Positions 1 through 12,500 are shown, numbered from the stretch's first letter. The stretch is DNA of 64,000 nucleotides from Yuukianura sp. NJ FZ-2021 (GCA_046563655.1 JAJCTO010000009.1:310001-374000); one strand, 5' to 3'. Numbers and translations are program-made. Notes: generated by a model not told the origin, from the letters alone.

Positions 1-3000
1 TCAGTATTTTCGCGGCAAGAGCTAGATTTGAAAATCTTCCGAACAACCTTATTAAGTGTAGGATGCTCCCCGCTCGAACACAATCTACGAACGTTTTGCA
101 AGTATTTTGCCTCAATTACGCGTAAACTTACTGCAGCCGGAAGGCGGTTGGTGGACATTGATAAAAGGTAAAAATTTAGGCACTCGACAGGGACTTGTTA
201 TGTGCCTGAGAATACTATTTAAATTTTCATCCAGATTTAAACGCGCAGTAAATTTTTTCCTGGCCATTCTTCCCTTAAGAACGACTTCAGTATTTTCTCG
301 GCAAGAGCTAGGTTTGAAAATCCTCCGAACAACCTTATTAAGTGTAGGATGCTCCCCGCTCGAACACAATCTACGAACGTTTTGCAAGTATTTTGCCTCA
401 ATTACGCGTAAACTTACTGCAGCCGGAAGGCGTTTGGTGGACATTGATAAAAACTAAAAATTTAGGCATGCGACAGGGACTTGTTATGTGCCTGAGAATA
501 CTATTTAAATTTTCAAACCAGATTTAAGTGCGCAGTAATTTCGTTGCTGGCCATTTTTCACTTAAGAACGACTTCAGTATTTTCGCGGCAAGAGCTAGAT
601 TTGAAAATCTTCCGAACAACCTTATTAAGTGTAGGATGCTCCCCGCTCGAACACAATCTACGAACGTTTTGCAAGTATTTTGCCTCAATTACGCGTAAAC
701 TTACTGCAGCCGGAAGGCGGTTGGTGGACATTGATAAAAGGTAAAAATTTAGGCACTCGACAGGGACTTGTTATGTGCCTGAGAATACTATTTAAATTTT
801 CAAACCAGATTTAAATGCGCAGTAATTTTGTTGCTGGCCATTCTTCACTTAAGAACGACTTCAGTATTTTCGCGGCAAGAGCTAGGTTTGAAAATCCTCC
901 GAACAACCTTATTAAGTGTAGGATGCTCCCCGCTCGAACACAATCTACGAACGTTTTGCAAGTATTTTGCCTCAATTACGCGTAAACGTACTGCAGCCGG
1001 AAGGCGGTTGGTGGACATTGATAAAAGTTAAAAATTTAGGCACTCGACAGGGACTTGTTATGTGCCTGAGAATACTATTTAAATTTTCATCCAGATTTAA
1101 ACGCGCAGTAAATTTTTTCCTGGCCATTCTTCCCTTAAGAACGACTTCAGTATTTTCTCGGCAAGAGCTAGGTTTGAAAATCCTCCGAACAACCTTATTA
1201 AGTGTAGGATGCTCCCCGCTCGAACACAAACTACGAGCGTTATGCAAGTATTTTGCCTCAATTACGCGTAAACTTACTGCAGCCGGAAGGCGTTTGGTGG
1301 ACATTGATAAAAGCTAAAAATTTAGGCCTGCGACAGGGACTTGTTATGTGCCTGAGAATACTATTTAAATTTTCAAACCAGATTTAAATGCGCAGTAATT
1401 TTGTTGCTGGCCATTCTTCCCTTAAGAACGACTTCAGTATTTTCTCGGCAAGAGCTAGGTTTGAAAATCCTCCGAACAACCTTATTAAGTGTAGGATGCT
1501 CCCCGCTCGAACACAATCTACGAACGTTTTGCAAGTATTTTGCCTCAATTACGCGTAAACTTACTGCAGCCGGAAGGCGTTTGGTGGACATTGATAAAAG
1601 GTAAAAATTTAGGCACTCGACAGGGACTTGTTATGTGCCTGAGAATACTATTTAAATTTTCAAACCAGATTTAAATGCGCAGTAATTTTGTTGCTGGCCA
1701 TTCTTCACTTAAGAACGACTTCAGTATTTTCGCGGCAAGAGCTAGGTTTGAAAATCCTCCGAACAACCTTATTAAGTGTAGGATGCTCCCCGCTCGAACA
1801 CAATCTACGAACGTTTTGCAAGTATTTTGCCTCAATTACGCGTAAACTTACTGCAGCCGGAAGGCGTTTGGTGGACATTGATAAAAGGTAAAAATTTAGG
1901 CACTCGACAGGGACTTGTTATGTGCCTGAGAATACTATTTAAATTTTCATCCAGATTTAAACGCGCAGTAAATTTTTTCCTGGCCATTCTTCCCTTAAGA
2001 ACGACTTCAGTATTTTCTCGGCAAGAGCTAGGTTTGAAAATCCTCCGAACAACCTTATTAAGTGTAGGATGCTCCCCGCTCGAACACAATCTACGAACGT
2101 TTTGCAAGTATTTTGCCTCAATTACGCGTAAACTTACTGCAGCCGGAAGGCGGTTGGTGGACATTGATAAAAGGTAAAAATTTAGGCACTCGACAGGGAC
2201 TTGTTATGTGCCTGAGAATACTATTTAAATTTTCAAACCAGATTTAAATGCGCAGTAATTTTGTTGCTGGCCATTCTTCACTTAAGAACGACTTCAGTAT
2301 TTTCTCGGCAAGAGCTAGGTTTGAAAATCCTCCGAACAACCTTATTAAGTGTAGGATGCTCCCCGCTCGAACACAATCTACGAACGTTTTGCAAGTATTT
2401 TGCCTCAATTACGCGTAAACTTACTGCAGCCGGAAGGCGTTTGGTGGACATTGATAAAAGCTAAAAATTTAGGCACTCGACAGGGACTTGTTATGTGCCT
2501 GAGAATACTATTTAAATTTTCAAACCAGATTTAAATGCGCAGTAATTTTGTTGCTGGCCATTCTTCACTTAAGAACGACTTCAGTATTTTCTCGGCAAGA
2601 GCTAGGTTTGAAAATCCTCCGAACAACCTTATTAAGTGTAGGATGCTCCCCGCTCGAACACAATCTACGAACGTTTTGCAAGTATTTTGCCTCAATTACG
2701 CGTAAACTTACTGCAGCCGGAAGGCGTTTGGTGGACATTGATAAAAGCTAAAAATTTAGGCACTCGACAGGGACTTGTTATGTGCCTGAGAATACTATTT
2801 AAATTTTCAAACCAGATTTAAATGCGCAGTAATTTTGTTGCTGGCCATTCTTCACTTAAGAACGACTTCAGTATTTTCTCGGCAAGAGCTAGGTTTGAAA
2901 ATCCTCCGAACAACCTTATTAAGTGTAGGATGCTCCCCGCTCGAACACAATCTACGAACGTTTTGCAAGTATTTTGCCTCAATTACGCGTAAACTTACTG

Positions 3001-6000
3001 CAGCCGGAAGGCGGTTGGTGGACATTGATAAAAGGTAAAAATTTAGGCACTCGACAGGGACTTGTTATGTGCCTGAGAATACTATTTAAATTTTCAAACC
3101 AGATTTAAATGCGCAGTAATTTTGTTGCTGGCCATTCTTCACTTAAGAACGACTTCAGTATTTTCGCGGCAAGAGCTAGGTTTGAAAATCCTCCGAACAA
3201 CCTTATTAAGTGTAGGATGCTCCCCGCTCGAACACAATCTACGAACGTTTTGCAAGTATTTTGCCTCAATTACGCGTAAACTTACTGCAGCCGGAAGGCG
3301 GTTGGTGGACATTGATAAAAGGTAAAAATTTAGGCACTCGACAGGGACTTGTTATGTGCCTGAGAATACTATTTAAATTTTCAAACCAGATTTAAACGCG
3401 CAGTAAATTTTTTCCTGGCCATTCTTCCCTTAAGAACGACTTCAGTATTTTCTCGGCAAGAGCTAGGTTTGAAAATCCTCCGAACAACCTTATTAAGTGT
3501 AGGATGCTCCCCGCTCGAACACAATCTACGAACGTTTTGCAAGTATTTTGCCTCAATTACGCGTAAACTTACTGCAGCCGGAAGGCGGTTGGTGGACATT
3601 GATAAAAGGTAAAAATTTAGGCACTCGACAGGGACTTGTTATGTGCCTGAGAATACTATTTAAATTTTCAAACCAGATTTAAATGCGCAGTAATTTTGTT
3701 GCTGGCCATTCTTCACTTAAGAACGACTTCAGTATTTTCTCGGCAAGAGCTAGGTTTGAAAATCCTCCGAACAACCTTATTAAGTGTAGGATGCTCCCCG
3801 CTCGAACACAATCTACGAACGTTTTGCAAGTATTTTGCCTCAATTACGCGTAAACTTACTGCAGCCGGAAGGCGGTTGGTGGACATTGATAAAAGTTAAA
3901 AATTTAGGCACTCGACAGGGACTTGTTATGTGCCTGAGAATACTATTTAAATTTTCAAACCAGATTTAAATGCGCAGTAATTTTGTTGCTGGCCATTCTT
4001 CACTTAAGAACGACTTCAGTATTTTCGCGGCAAGAGCTAGGTTTGAAAATCCTCCGAACAACCTTATTAAGTGTAGGATGCTCCCCGCTCGAACACAATC
4101 TACGAGCGTTTTGCAAGTATTTTGCCTCAATTACGCGTAAACGTACTGCAGCCGGAAGGCGGTTGGTGGACATTGATAAAAGTTAAAAATTTAGGCATGC
4201 GACAGGGACTTGTTATGTGCCTGAGAATACTATTTAAATTTTCAAACCAGATTTAAATGCGCAGTAATTTTGTTGCTGGCCATTCTTCACTTAAGAACGA
4301 CTTCAGTATTTTCTCGGCAAGAGCTAGGTTTGAAAATCCTCCGAACAACCTTATTAAGTGTAGGATGCTCCCCGCTCGAACACAATCTACGAACGTTTTG
4401 CAAGTATTTTGCCTCAATTACGCGTAAACTTACTGCAGCCGGAAGGCGGTTGGTGGACATTGATAAAAGGTAAAAATTTAGGCACTCGACAGGGACTTGT
4501 TATGTGCCTGAGAATACTATTTAAATTTTCAAACCAGATTTAAATGCGCAGTAATTTTGTTGCTGGCCATTCTTCACTTAAGAACGACTTCAGTATTTTC
4601 GCGGCAAGAGCTAGGTTTGAAAATCCTCCGAACAACCTTATTAAGTGTAGGATGCTCCCCGCTCGAACACAATCTACGAACGTTTTGCAAGTATTTTGCC
4701 TCAATTACGCGTAAACTTACTGCAGCCGGAAGGCGTTTGGTGGACATTGATAAAAGCTAAAAATTTAGGCACTCGACAGGGACTTGTTATGTGCCTGAGA
4801 ATACTATTTAAATTTTCAAACCAGATTTAAATGCGCAGTAATTTTGTTGCTGGCCATTCTTCACTTAAGAACGACTTCAGTATTTTCGCGGCAAGAGCTA
4901 GGTTTGAAAATCCTCCGAACAACCTTATTAAGTGTAGGATGCTCCCCGCTCGAACACAATCTACGAACGTTTTGCAAGTATTTTGCCTCAATTACGCGTA
5001 AACTTACTGCAGCCGGAAGGCGGTTGGTGGACATTGATAAAAGGTAAAAATTTAGGCACTCGACAGGGACTTGTTATGTGCCTGAGAATACTATTTAAAT
5101 TTTCATCCAGATTTAAACGCGCAGTAAATTTTTTCCTGGCCATTCTTCCCTTAAGAACGACTTCAGTATTTTCTCGGCAAGAGCTAGGTTTGAAAATCCT
5201 CCGAACAACCTTATTAAGTGTAGGATGCTCCCCGCTCGAACACAATCTACGAACGTTTTGCAAGTATTTTGCCTCAATTACGCGTAAACTTACTGCAGCC
5301 GGAAGGCGTTTGGTGGACATTGATAAAAACTAAAAATTTAGGCATGCGACAGGGACTTGTTATGTGCCTGAGAATACTATTTAAATTTTCAAACCAGATT
5401 TAAATGCGCAGTAATTTCGTTGCTGGCCATTTTTCACTTAAGAACGACTTCAGTATTTTCGCGGCAAGAGCTAGATTTGAAAATCCTCCGAACAACCTTA
5501 TTAAGTGTAGGATGCTCCCCGCTCGAACACAAACTACGAGCGTTTTGCAAGTATTTTGCCTCAATTACGCGTAAACTTACTGCAGCCGGAAGGCGTTTGG
5601 TGGACATTGATAAAAGCTAAAAATTTAGGCATACGACAGGGACTTGTTCTGTGCCTGAGAATACTATTTAAATTTTCAAACCAGATTTAAATGCGCAGTA
5701 ATTTTGTTGCTGGCCATTCTTCACTAAAGAACGACTTCAGTATTTTCGCGGCAAGAGCTAAGTTTGAAAATCCTCCGAACAACCTTATTAAGTGTAGGAT
5801 GCTCCCCGCTCGAACACAATCTACAAACGTTTTGCAAGTATTTTGCCTCAATTACGCGTAAACTTACTGCAGCCGGAAGGCGTTTGGTGGACATTGATAA
5901 AAGGTAAAAATTTAGGCACTCGACAGGGACTTGTTATGTGCCTGAGAATACTATTTAAATTTTCAAACCAGATTTAAACGCGCAGTAAATTTTTTCCTGG

Positions 6001-8580
6001 CCATTCTTCCCTTAAGAACGACTTCAGTATTTTCTCGGCAAGAGCTAGGTTTGAAAATCCTCCGAACAACCTTATTAAGTGTAGGATGCTCCCCGCTCGA
6101 ACACAATCTACGAACGTTTTGCAAGTATTTTGCCTCAATTACGCGTAAACTTACTGCAGCCGGAAGGCGGTTGGTGGACATTGATAAAAGGTAAAAATTT
6201 AGGCACTCGACAGGGACTTGTTATGTGCCTGAGAATACTATTTAAATTTTCAAACCAGATTTAAATGCGCAGTAATTTTGTTGCTGGCCATTCTTCACTT
6301 AAGAACGACTTCAGTATTTTCTCGGCAAGAGCTAGGTTTGAAAATCCTCCGAACAACCTTATTAAGTGTAGGATGCTCCCCGCTCGAACACAATCTACGA
6401 GCGTTTTGCAAGTATTTTGCCTCAATTACGCGTAAACGTACTGCAGCCGGAAGGCGGTTGGTGGACATTGATAAAAGTTAAAAATTTAGGCATGCGACAG
6501 GGACTTGTTATGTGCCTGAGAATACTATTTAAATTTTCAAACCAGATTTAAATGCGCAGTAATTTCGTTCCTGGCCATTTTTCACTTAAGAACGACTTCA
6601 GTATTTTCGCGGCAAGAGCTAGATTTGAAAATCTTCCGAACAACCTTATTAAGTGTAGGATGCTCCCCGCTCGAACACAATCTACGAACGTTTTGCAAGT
6701 ATTTTGCCTCAATTACGCGTAAACTTACTGCAGCCGGAAGGCGGTTGGTGGACATTGATAAAAGGTAAAAATTTAGGCACTCGACAGGGACTTGTTATGT
6801 GCCTGAGAATACTATTTAAATTTTCAAACCAGATTTAAATGCGCAGTAATTTTGTTGCTGGCCATTCTTCACTTAAGAACGACTTCAGTATTTTCGCGGC
6901 AAGAGCTAGGTTTGAAAATCCTCCGAACAACCTTATTAAGTGTAGGATGCTCCCCGCTCGAACACAATCTACGAACGTTTTGCAAGTATTTTGCCTCAAT
7001 TACGCGTAAACTTACTGCAGCCGGAAGGCGGTTGGTGGACATTGATAAAAGGTAAAAATTTAGGCATGCGACAGGGACTTGTTATGTGCCTGAGAATACT
7101 ATTTAAATTTTCAAACCAGATTTAAATGCGCAGTAATTTTGTTGCTGGCCATTCTTCACTTAAGAACGACTTCAGTATTTTCTCGGCAAGAGCTAGGTTT
7201 GAAAATCCTCCGAACAACCTTATTAAGTGTAGGATGCTCCCCGCTCGAACACAATCTACGAACGTTTTGCAAGTATTTTGCCTCAATTACGCGTAAACTT
7301 ACTGCAGCCGGAAGGCGTTTGGTGGACATTGATAAAAACTAAAAATTTAGGCATGCGACAGGGACTTGTTATGTGCCTGAGAATACTATTTAAATTTTCA
7401 AACCAGATTTAAATGCGCAGTAATTTTGTTGCTGGCCATTCTTCACTTAAGAACGACTTCAGTATTTTCGCGGCAAGAGCTAGGTTTGAAAATCCTCCGA
7501 ACAACCTTATTAAGTGTAGGATGCTCCCCGCTCGAACACAATCTACGAACGTTTTGCAAGTATTTTGCCTCAATTACGCGTAAACTTACTGCAGCCGGAA
7601 GGCGGTTGGTGGACATTGATAAAAGGTAAAAATTTAGGCACTCGACAGGGACTTGTTATGTGCCTGAGAATACTATTTAAATTTTCATCCAGATTTAAAC
7701 GCGCAGTAAATTTTTTCCTGGCCATTCTTCCCTTAAGAACGACTTCAGTATTTTCTCGGCAAGAGCTAGGTTTGAAAATCCTCCGAACAACCTTATTAAG
7801 TGTAGGATGCTCCCCGCTCGAACACAATCTACGAACGTTTTGCAAGTATTTTGCCTCAATTACGCGTAAACTTACTGCAGCCGGAAGGCGTTTGGTGGAC
7901 ATTGATAAAAGGTAAAAACTTAGAAACTCGACAGGGACTTGTTATGTGCCTGAGAATACTATTTAAATTTTAAACCAGATTTAAACGCGCAGTAAATTTT
8001 TTCCTGGCCATTCTTCCCTTAAGAACGACTTCAGTATTTTCTCGGCAAGAGCTAGGTTTGAAAATCCTCCGAACAACCTTATTAAGTGTAGGATGCTCCC
8101 CGCTCGAACACAATCTACGAACGTTTTGCAAGTATTTTGCCTCAATTACGCGTAAACTTACTGCAGCCGGAAGGCGTTTGGTGGACATTGATAAAAGCTG
8201 AAAACTCAGGCATGCGACACTGACTTCTTCTGTACTGAGAATACTATTTAAATTTTCAAACCAGATTTAAATGCGCCGTAATTTTGTGCTACCCATTCTT
8301 CACTTAAGAACGACTTCAGTATTTTCGCGGCAAGACCTAGGTTTGAAAATCCTCCGAACAAACTTATTAAGTGTAGGATGCTCCACGCTCGAACACAATC
8401 TACGAACGTTTTGCAAGTATTTTGCCTCAATTACGCGTAGACTTACTGCAGCCGGAAGGCGTTTGGTGGACATTGATAAAAGCTGAAAACTTAGGCATGC
8501 GACAGGGACTTGTTCTGTGCCTGAGAATACTATTTAAATTTTCAAACCAGATTTAAATGCGCAGTAATTTCGTTCCTGGG

Positions 8581-8625
8581 TCTCAACAGCTTACATCTGA
8601 GGCAGCGAGAGATGACAGATTTGAT
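8581..8625 (-). pseudogene. Integrase zinc-binding CxxC fragment
   Basis: IKSVISRCLRCKLLR fits the vk.vi..C..C half of the HHCC motif. It is only 15 aa long. Confidence 0.7.
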
Positions 8626-8721
8626 TTTGAGCCTGTACTCCCGAATAGGCTGATCAGGAGTTGGCCGCCATAGGATCCGCTGGAAGTTGGAGTCTGAATC
8701 TAAAACTGAGAACTGGCGATA
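8626..8721 (-). pseudogene. BEL/Pao reverse transcriptase fragment
   Basis: YRQFSVLDSDSNFQRILWRPTPDQPIREYRLK matches the Pao RT pattern MyrQi.v...D...QrilWR.......eYrl. Confidence 0.9.
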
Positions 8722-8845
8722 CAGGGACTTGTTCCATATGACCTAAATTGAGATAATCATTTATGAACTTTACGTACTCACTTTTGTGTTGCGGGAGTCG
8801 ATCCAGCCGACGTTCAGTGTGGTGGAGTCTCCGTAATGCAATAGC
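8720..8845 (-). pseudogene. BEL/Pao pre-RT segment
   Basis: AIALRRLHHTERRLDRLPQHKSEYVKFINDYLNLGHMEQVPV matches the family pattern A..Rl..lErrl...p.....Y..f..eY..lGHme.v. Confidence 0.9.
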
Positions 8846-8975
8846 CGGAGTTGTGGTTACAACTGGCTGTGGCTGTGGGAACAGAAGTAGACGGATTAGT
8901 CAAATGAGCATTAGGATTAGTTACCTGGTTTGTGAAAGGAACAAATTCGTTGTTGACATGCAAAAGAGTGTGATG
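8846..8975 (-). pseudogene. End of the BEL/Pao Gag zinc-knuckle region (HHTLLH) plus low-complexity linker
   Basis: Minus strand catcacactcttttgcat encodes HHTLLH (8958-8975), a hallmark BEL/Pao motif, followed by VNNEFVPFTNQVTNPNAHLTNPSTSVPTATASCNHNS. Confidence 0.88.
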
Positions 8976-9184
8976 TGTAACTGTCTCACGCACTGGTCGA
9001 AAGTGTCAACCAGGTTCCTCAGTGAAGTAGCGTTTTCCTGAAACAGTTTAGAGAAATTAAATAATTTTCGCAACAATGAAAATGCGATCTCGCGCGTATT
9101 ATTTTATCGCTCGATACACAAATCCCAAGCATCCTGAAAATTAGCGTTAGTGATTACGAATGGCGAGACTATCTTTAGTGCATC
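8976..9184 (-). pseudogene. BEL/Pao Gag DUF1759-like fragment with in-frame stop
   Basis: Manual translation DALKIVSPFVITNANFQDAWDLCIER*NNTREIAFSLLRKLFNFSKLFQENATSLRNLVDTFDQCVRQL fits the family pattern A..i..l.it..NY..AW..L..RY.n.r. The conserved Y is a TAA stop at 9104-9106. Confidence 0.85.
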
Positions 9185-9345
9185 CACTCTGGGTGTTGGA
9201 GTCCAGCTTCGCTAACTCTCCATTGATAAGACCATGGATCTTAACAATCATGTCATCAATCTGTTCTGAAGCTTCAAGTTGAGGAATTAAATCATCCTCA
9301 TTAGACATATACGTCAGAATCTCATTTTGAATGGATTGAACCCAG
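9185..9345 (-). pseudogene. Probable gag N-terminal helical fragment of the BEL/Pao polyprotein
   Basis: Part of ORF 9147..9422(-): QSIQNEILTYMSNEDDLIPQLEASEQIDDMIVKIHGLINGELAKLD, an acidic amphipathic helix. Assigned mainly by its position between the PBS and the DUF1759 fragment. Confidence 0.55.
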
Positions 9346-9362
9346 GCTTGGCAGTAACCGTC

Positions 9363-9373
9363 TTTCGGCACCA
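9363..9373 (-). promoter_or_regulatory. Primer binding site complementary to the tRNA-Phe 3' end (truncated)
   Basis: Minus strand TGGTGCCGAAA lies 3 nt after the LTR end. It equals the first 11 nt of TGGTGCCGAAACCCGGGA, the complement of the eukaryotic tRNA-Phe 3' end, and the match stops abruptly after that. Confidence 0.8.
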
Positions 9374-9376
9374 AAA

Positions 9377-9568
9377 TGTTCGTTGACCTCCGTGACCTCA
9401 GATGTGAAATGTGGGAGAGCAAGTGAATGACTTGTGGTACATCAAGAAACGAGTGTTTCTACTGCCTGACACTAAAGTAAAAATAGACTTAGTCTAAGAA
9501 TTGAAATGCATGAGAAAAGTAAAGTAAACTTAGCCTAAGATTATGAACCGTCGGTTTACCCGCCAACA
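9377..9568 (-). repeat. 5' LTR of the BEL/Pao element (192 bp, possibly itself shortened)
   Basis: The minus strand reads TGTTggcgggtaaacc...ggtcaacgAACA (TGTT...AACA termini typical of BEL/Pao). It is bounded by the TSD on one side and the PBS on the other. Confidence 0.85.
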
Positions 9569-12500
9569 CCTGGCCATTCTTCACTTAAGAACGACTTCAG
9601 TATTTTCGCGGCAAAGGCTAGGTTTGAAAATCCTAGGAACAACCTTATTAAGTGTAGGATGCTCCACGCTCGAACACAATCTACGAACGTTTTGCAAGTA
9701 TTTTGCCTCAATTACGCGTAAACTTACTGCAGCCGGAAGGCGTTTGGTGGGCATTGATAAAAGCTGAAAACTTAGAAACTCGACAGGGACTTCTTCTGTG
9801 CCTGAGAATACTATTTAAATTTTCAAACCAGATTTAAATGCGCAGTAATTTTGTTCCTGGCCATTCTTCACTTAAGAACGACTTCAGTATTTTCGCGGCA
9901 AAGGCTAGGTTTGAAAATCCTAGGAACAACCGTATTAAGTGTAGGATGCTCCACGCTCGAACACAATCTACGAACGTTTTGCAAGTATTTTGCCTCAATT
10001 ACGCGTAAACTTACTGCAGCCGGAAGGCGTTTGGTGGACATTGATAAAAGCTGAAAACTTAGGCATGCGACACTGACTTGTTATGTGCCTGAGAATACTA
10101 TTTAAATTTTCAAACCAGATTTAAATGCGCCGTAATTTTGTGCTGGCCATTCTTCACTTAAGAACGACTTCAGTATTTTCGCGGCAAGAGCTAGGTTTGA
10201 AAATCCTCCGAACAACCTTATTAAGTGTAGGATGCTCCACGCTCGAACACAATCTACGAACGTTTAGCAAGTATTTTGCCTCAATTACGCGTAAACTTAC
10301 TGCAGCCGGAAGGCGTTTGGTGGACATTGATAAAAGCTGAAAACTTAGGCATGCGACACTGACTTGTTCTGTGCCTGAGAATACTATTTAAATTTTCAAA
10401 CCAGATTTAAATGCGCAGTAATTTTGTTGCTGGCCATTCTTCACTTAAGAACGACTTCAGTATTTTCGCGGCAAGAGCTAGGTTTGAAAATCCTCCGAAC
10501 AAAATTATTAAGTGTAGGATGCTCCCCGCTCGAACACAATCTACAAAGGTTTTGCAAGTATTTTGCCTCACTTACGCGTAAACTTACTGCAGCCGGAAGG
10601 CGGTTGGTGGACATTGATAAAAGGTAAAAACTTAGAAACTCGACAGGGACTTGTTATGTGCCTGAGAATACTACTTAAGCTTTCAAACCAGATTTAAATG
10701 CGCAGTAATTTTGTTGCTGGCCATTCTTCACTTAAGAACGACTTCAGTATTTTTGCGGCAAGAGCTAGGTTTGAAAATCCTCCGAACAAACTTATTAAGT
10801 GTAGGATGCTCCCCGCTCGAACACAATCTACATACGTTTTGCAAGTATTTTGCCTCAATTACGCGTAAACTTACTGCAGCCGGAAGGCGGTTGGTGGACA
10901 TTGATAAAAGGTAAAAATTTAGGCACTCGACAGGGACTTGTTATGTGCCTGAGAATACTATTTAAATTTTCAAACCAGATTTAAATGCGCAGTAATTTTG
11001 TTGCTGGCCATTCTTCACTTAAGAACGACTTCAGTATTTTCTCGGCAAGAGCTAGGTTTGAAAATCCTCCGAACAACCTTATTAAGTGTAGGATGCTCCC
11101 CGCTCGAACACAATCTACGAACGTTTTGCAAGTATTTTGCCTCAATTACGCGTAAACTTACTGCAGCCGGAAGGCGGTTGGTGGACATTGATAAAATCTA
11201 AAAATTTAGGCAGTCGACAGGGACTTGTTATGTGCCTGAGAATACTATTTAAATTTTCAAACCAGATTTAAACGCGCAGTAAATTTGTGCTGGCCATTCT
11301 TTACTTAAGAACGACTTCAGTATTTTCGCGGCAAGAGCTAGGTTTGAAAATCCTAGGAACAACCTTATTAAGTGTAGGATGCTCCACGCTCGAACACAAT
11401 CTACGAACGTTTTGCAAGTATTTTGCCTCACTTACGCGTAAACTTACTGCAGCCGGAAGGCGGTTGGTGGACATTGATAAAAGGTAAAAACTTAGAAACT
11501 CGACAGGGACTTGTTATGTGCCTGAGAATACTATTTAAATTTTAAACCAGATTTAAACGCGCAGTAAATTTTTTCCTGGCCATTCTTCACTTAAGAACGA
11601 CTTCAGTATTTTCGCGGCAAGAGCTAGGTTTGAAAATCCTCCGAACAAACTTATTAAGTGTAGGATGCTCCACGCTCGAACACAATCTACGAACGTTTAG
11701 CAAGTATTTTGCCTCAATTACGCGTAAACTTACTGTAGCCGGAAGGCGTTTGGTGGACATTGATAAAAGCTGAAAACTTAGGCATGCGACACTGACTTGT
11801 TCTGTGCCTGAGAATACTATTTAAATTTTCAAACCAGATTTAAATGCGCCGTAATTTTGTGCTGGCCATTCTGAACTTAAGAACGACTTCAGTATTTTCT
11901 CGGCAAGAGCTAGGTTTGAAAATCCTCCGAACAACCTTATTAAGTGTAGGATGCTCCCCGCTCGAACACAATCTACGAACGTTTTGCAAGTATTTTGCCT
12001 CAATTACGCGTAAACTTACTGCAGCCGGAAGGCGTTTGGTGGACATTGATAAAAGCAGAAAATTTAGGCACTCGACAGGGACTTGTTATGTGCCTGAGAA
12101 TACTATTTAAATTTTCAAACCAGATTTAAATGCGCATTTTTTTCGTTCCTGGCCATTCTTCACTTAAGAACGACTTCAGTATTTTCGCGGCAAGAGCTAG
12201 GTTTGAAAATCCTCCGAACAACCTTATTAAGTGTAGGATGCTCCCCGCTCGAACACAATCTACGAACGTTTTGCAAGTATTTTGCCTCAATTACGCGTAG
12301 ACTTACTGCAGCCGGAAGGCGTTTGGTGGACATTGATAAAAGCTGAAAACTCAGGCATGCGACACTGACTTGTTCTGTGCCTGAGAATACTATTTAAATT
12401 TTCAAACCAGATTTAAATGCGCAGTAATTTTGTTGCTGGCCATTCTTCACTTAAGAACGACTTCAGTATTTTCGCGGCAAAGGCTAGGTTTGAAAATCCT

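Larger units (their letters stand above)
8580..9568 (-). mobile_element. BEL/Pao LTR retrotransposon, multiply internally deleted, 3' LTR absent
   Basis: Flanked by 5-bp TSD cctgg (8575-8579 and 9569-9573). The minus strand begins TGTTGG, has an LTR end (...cgAACA) followed by a PBS, then BEL/Pao-type peptide fragments in native order (see sub-features). Confidence 0.93.

Noticed and set aside
8721..8734. 14-bp match acagggacttgttc between the BEL relic and satellite A
   Set aside because: The same bases encode the family-typical (M)EQVPV on the other strand, so satellite origin is unnecessary. Treated as coincidence, though it abuts a deletion junction and could be rechecked against a full-length copy.
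8740..8925. Apparent tiny GT-AG introns on the minus strand (gtgagt...tttag, 39 nt; gtaact...cacag, 52 nt)
   Set aside because: Both read through as continuous BEL/Pao polyprotein sequence (SEYVKFINDYLNLG; linker after HHTLLH), so a spliced host gene is not needed.
8763..9041. 92-aa plus-strand ORF inside the first insertion
   Set aside because: Antisense shadow of the retrotransposon fragments with no motif.
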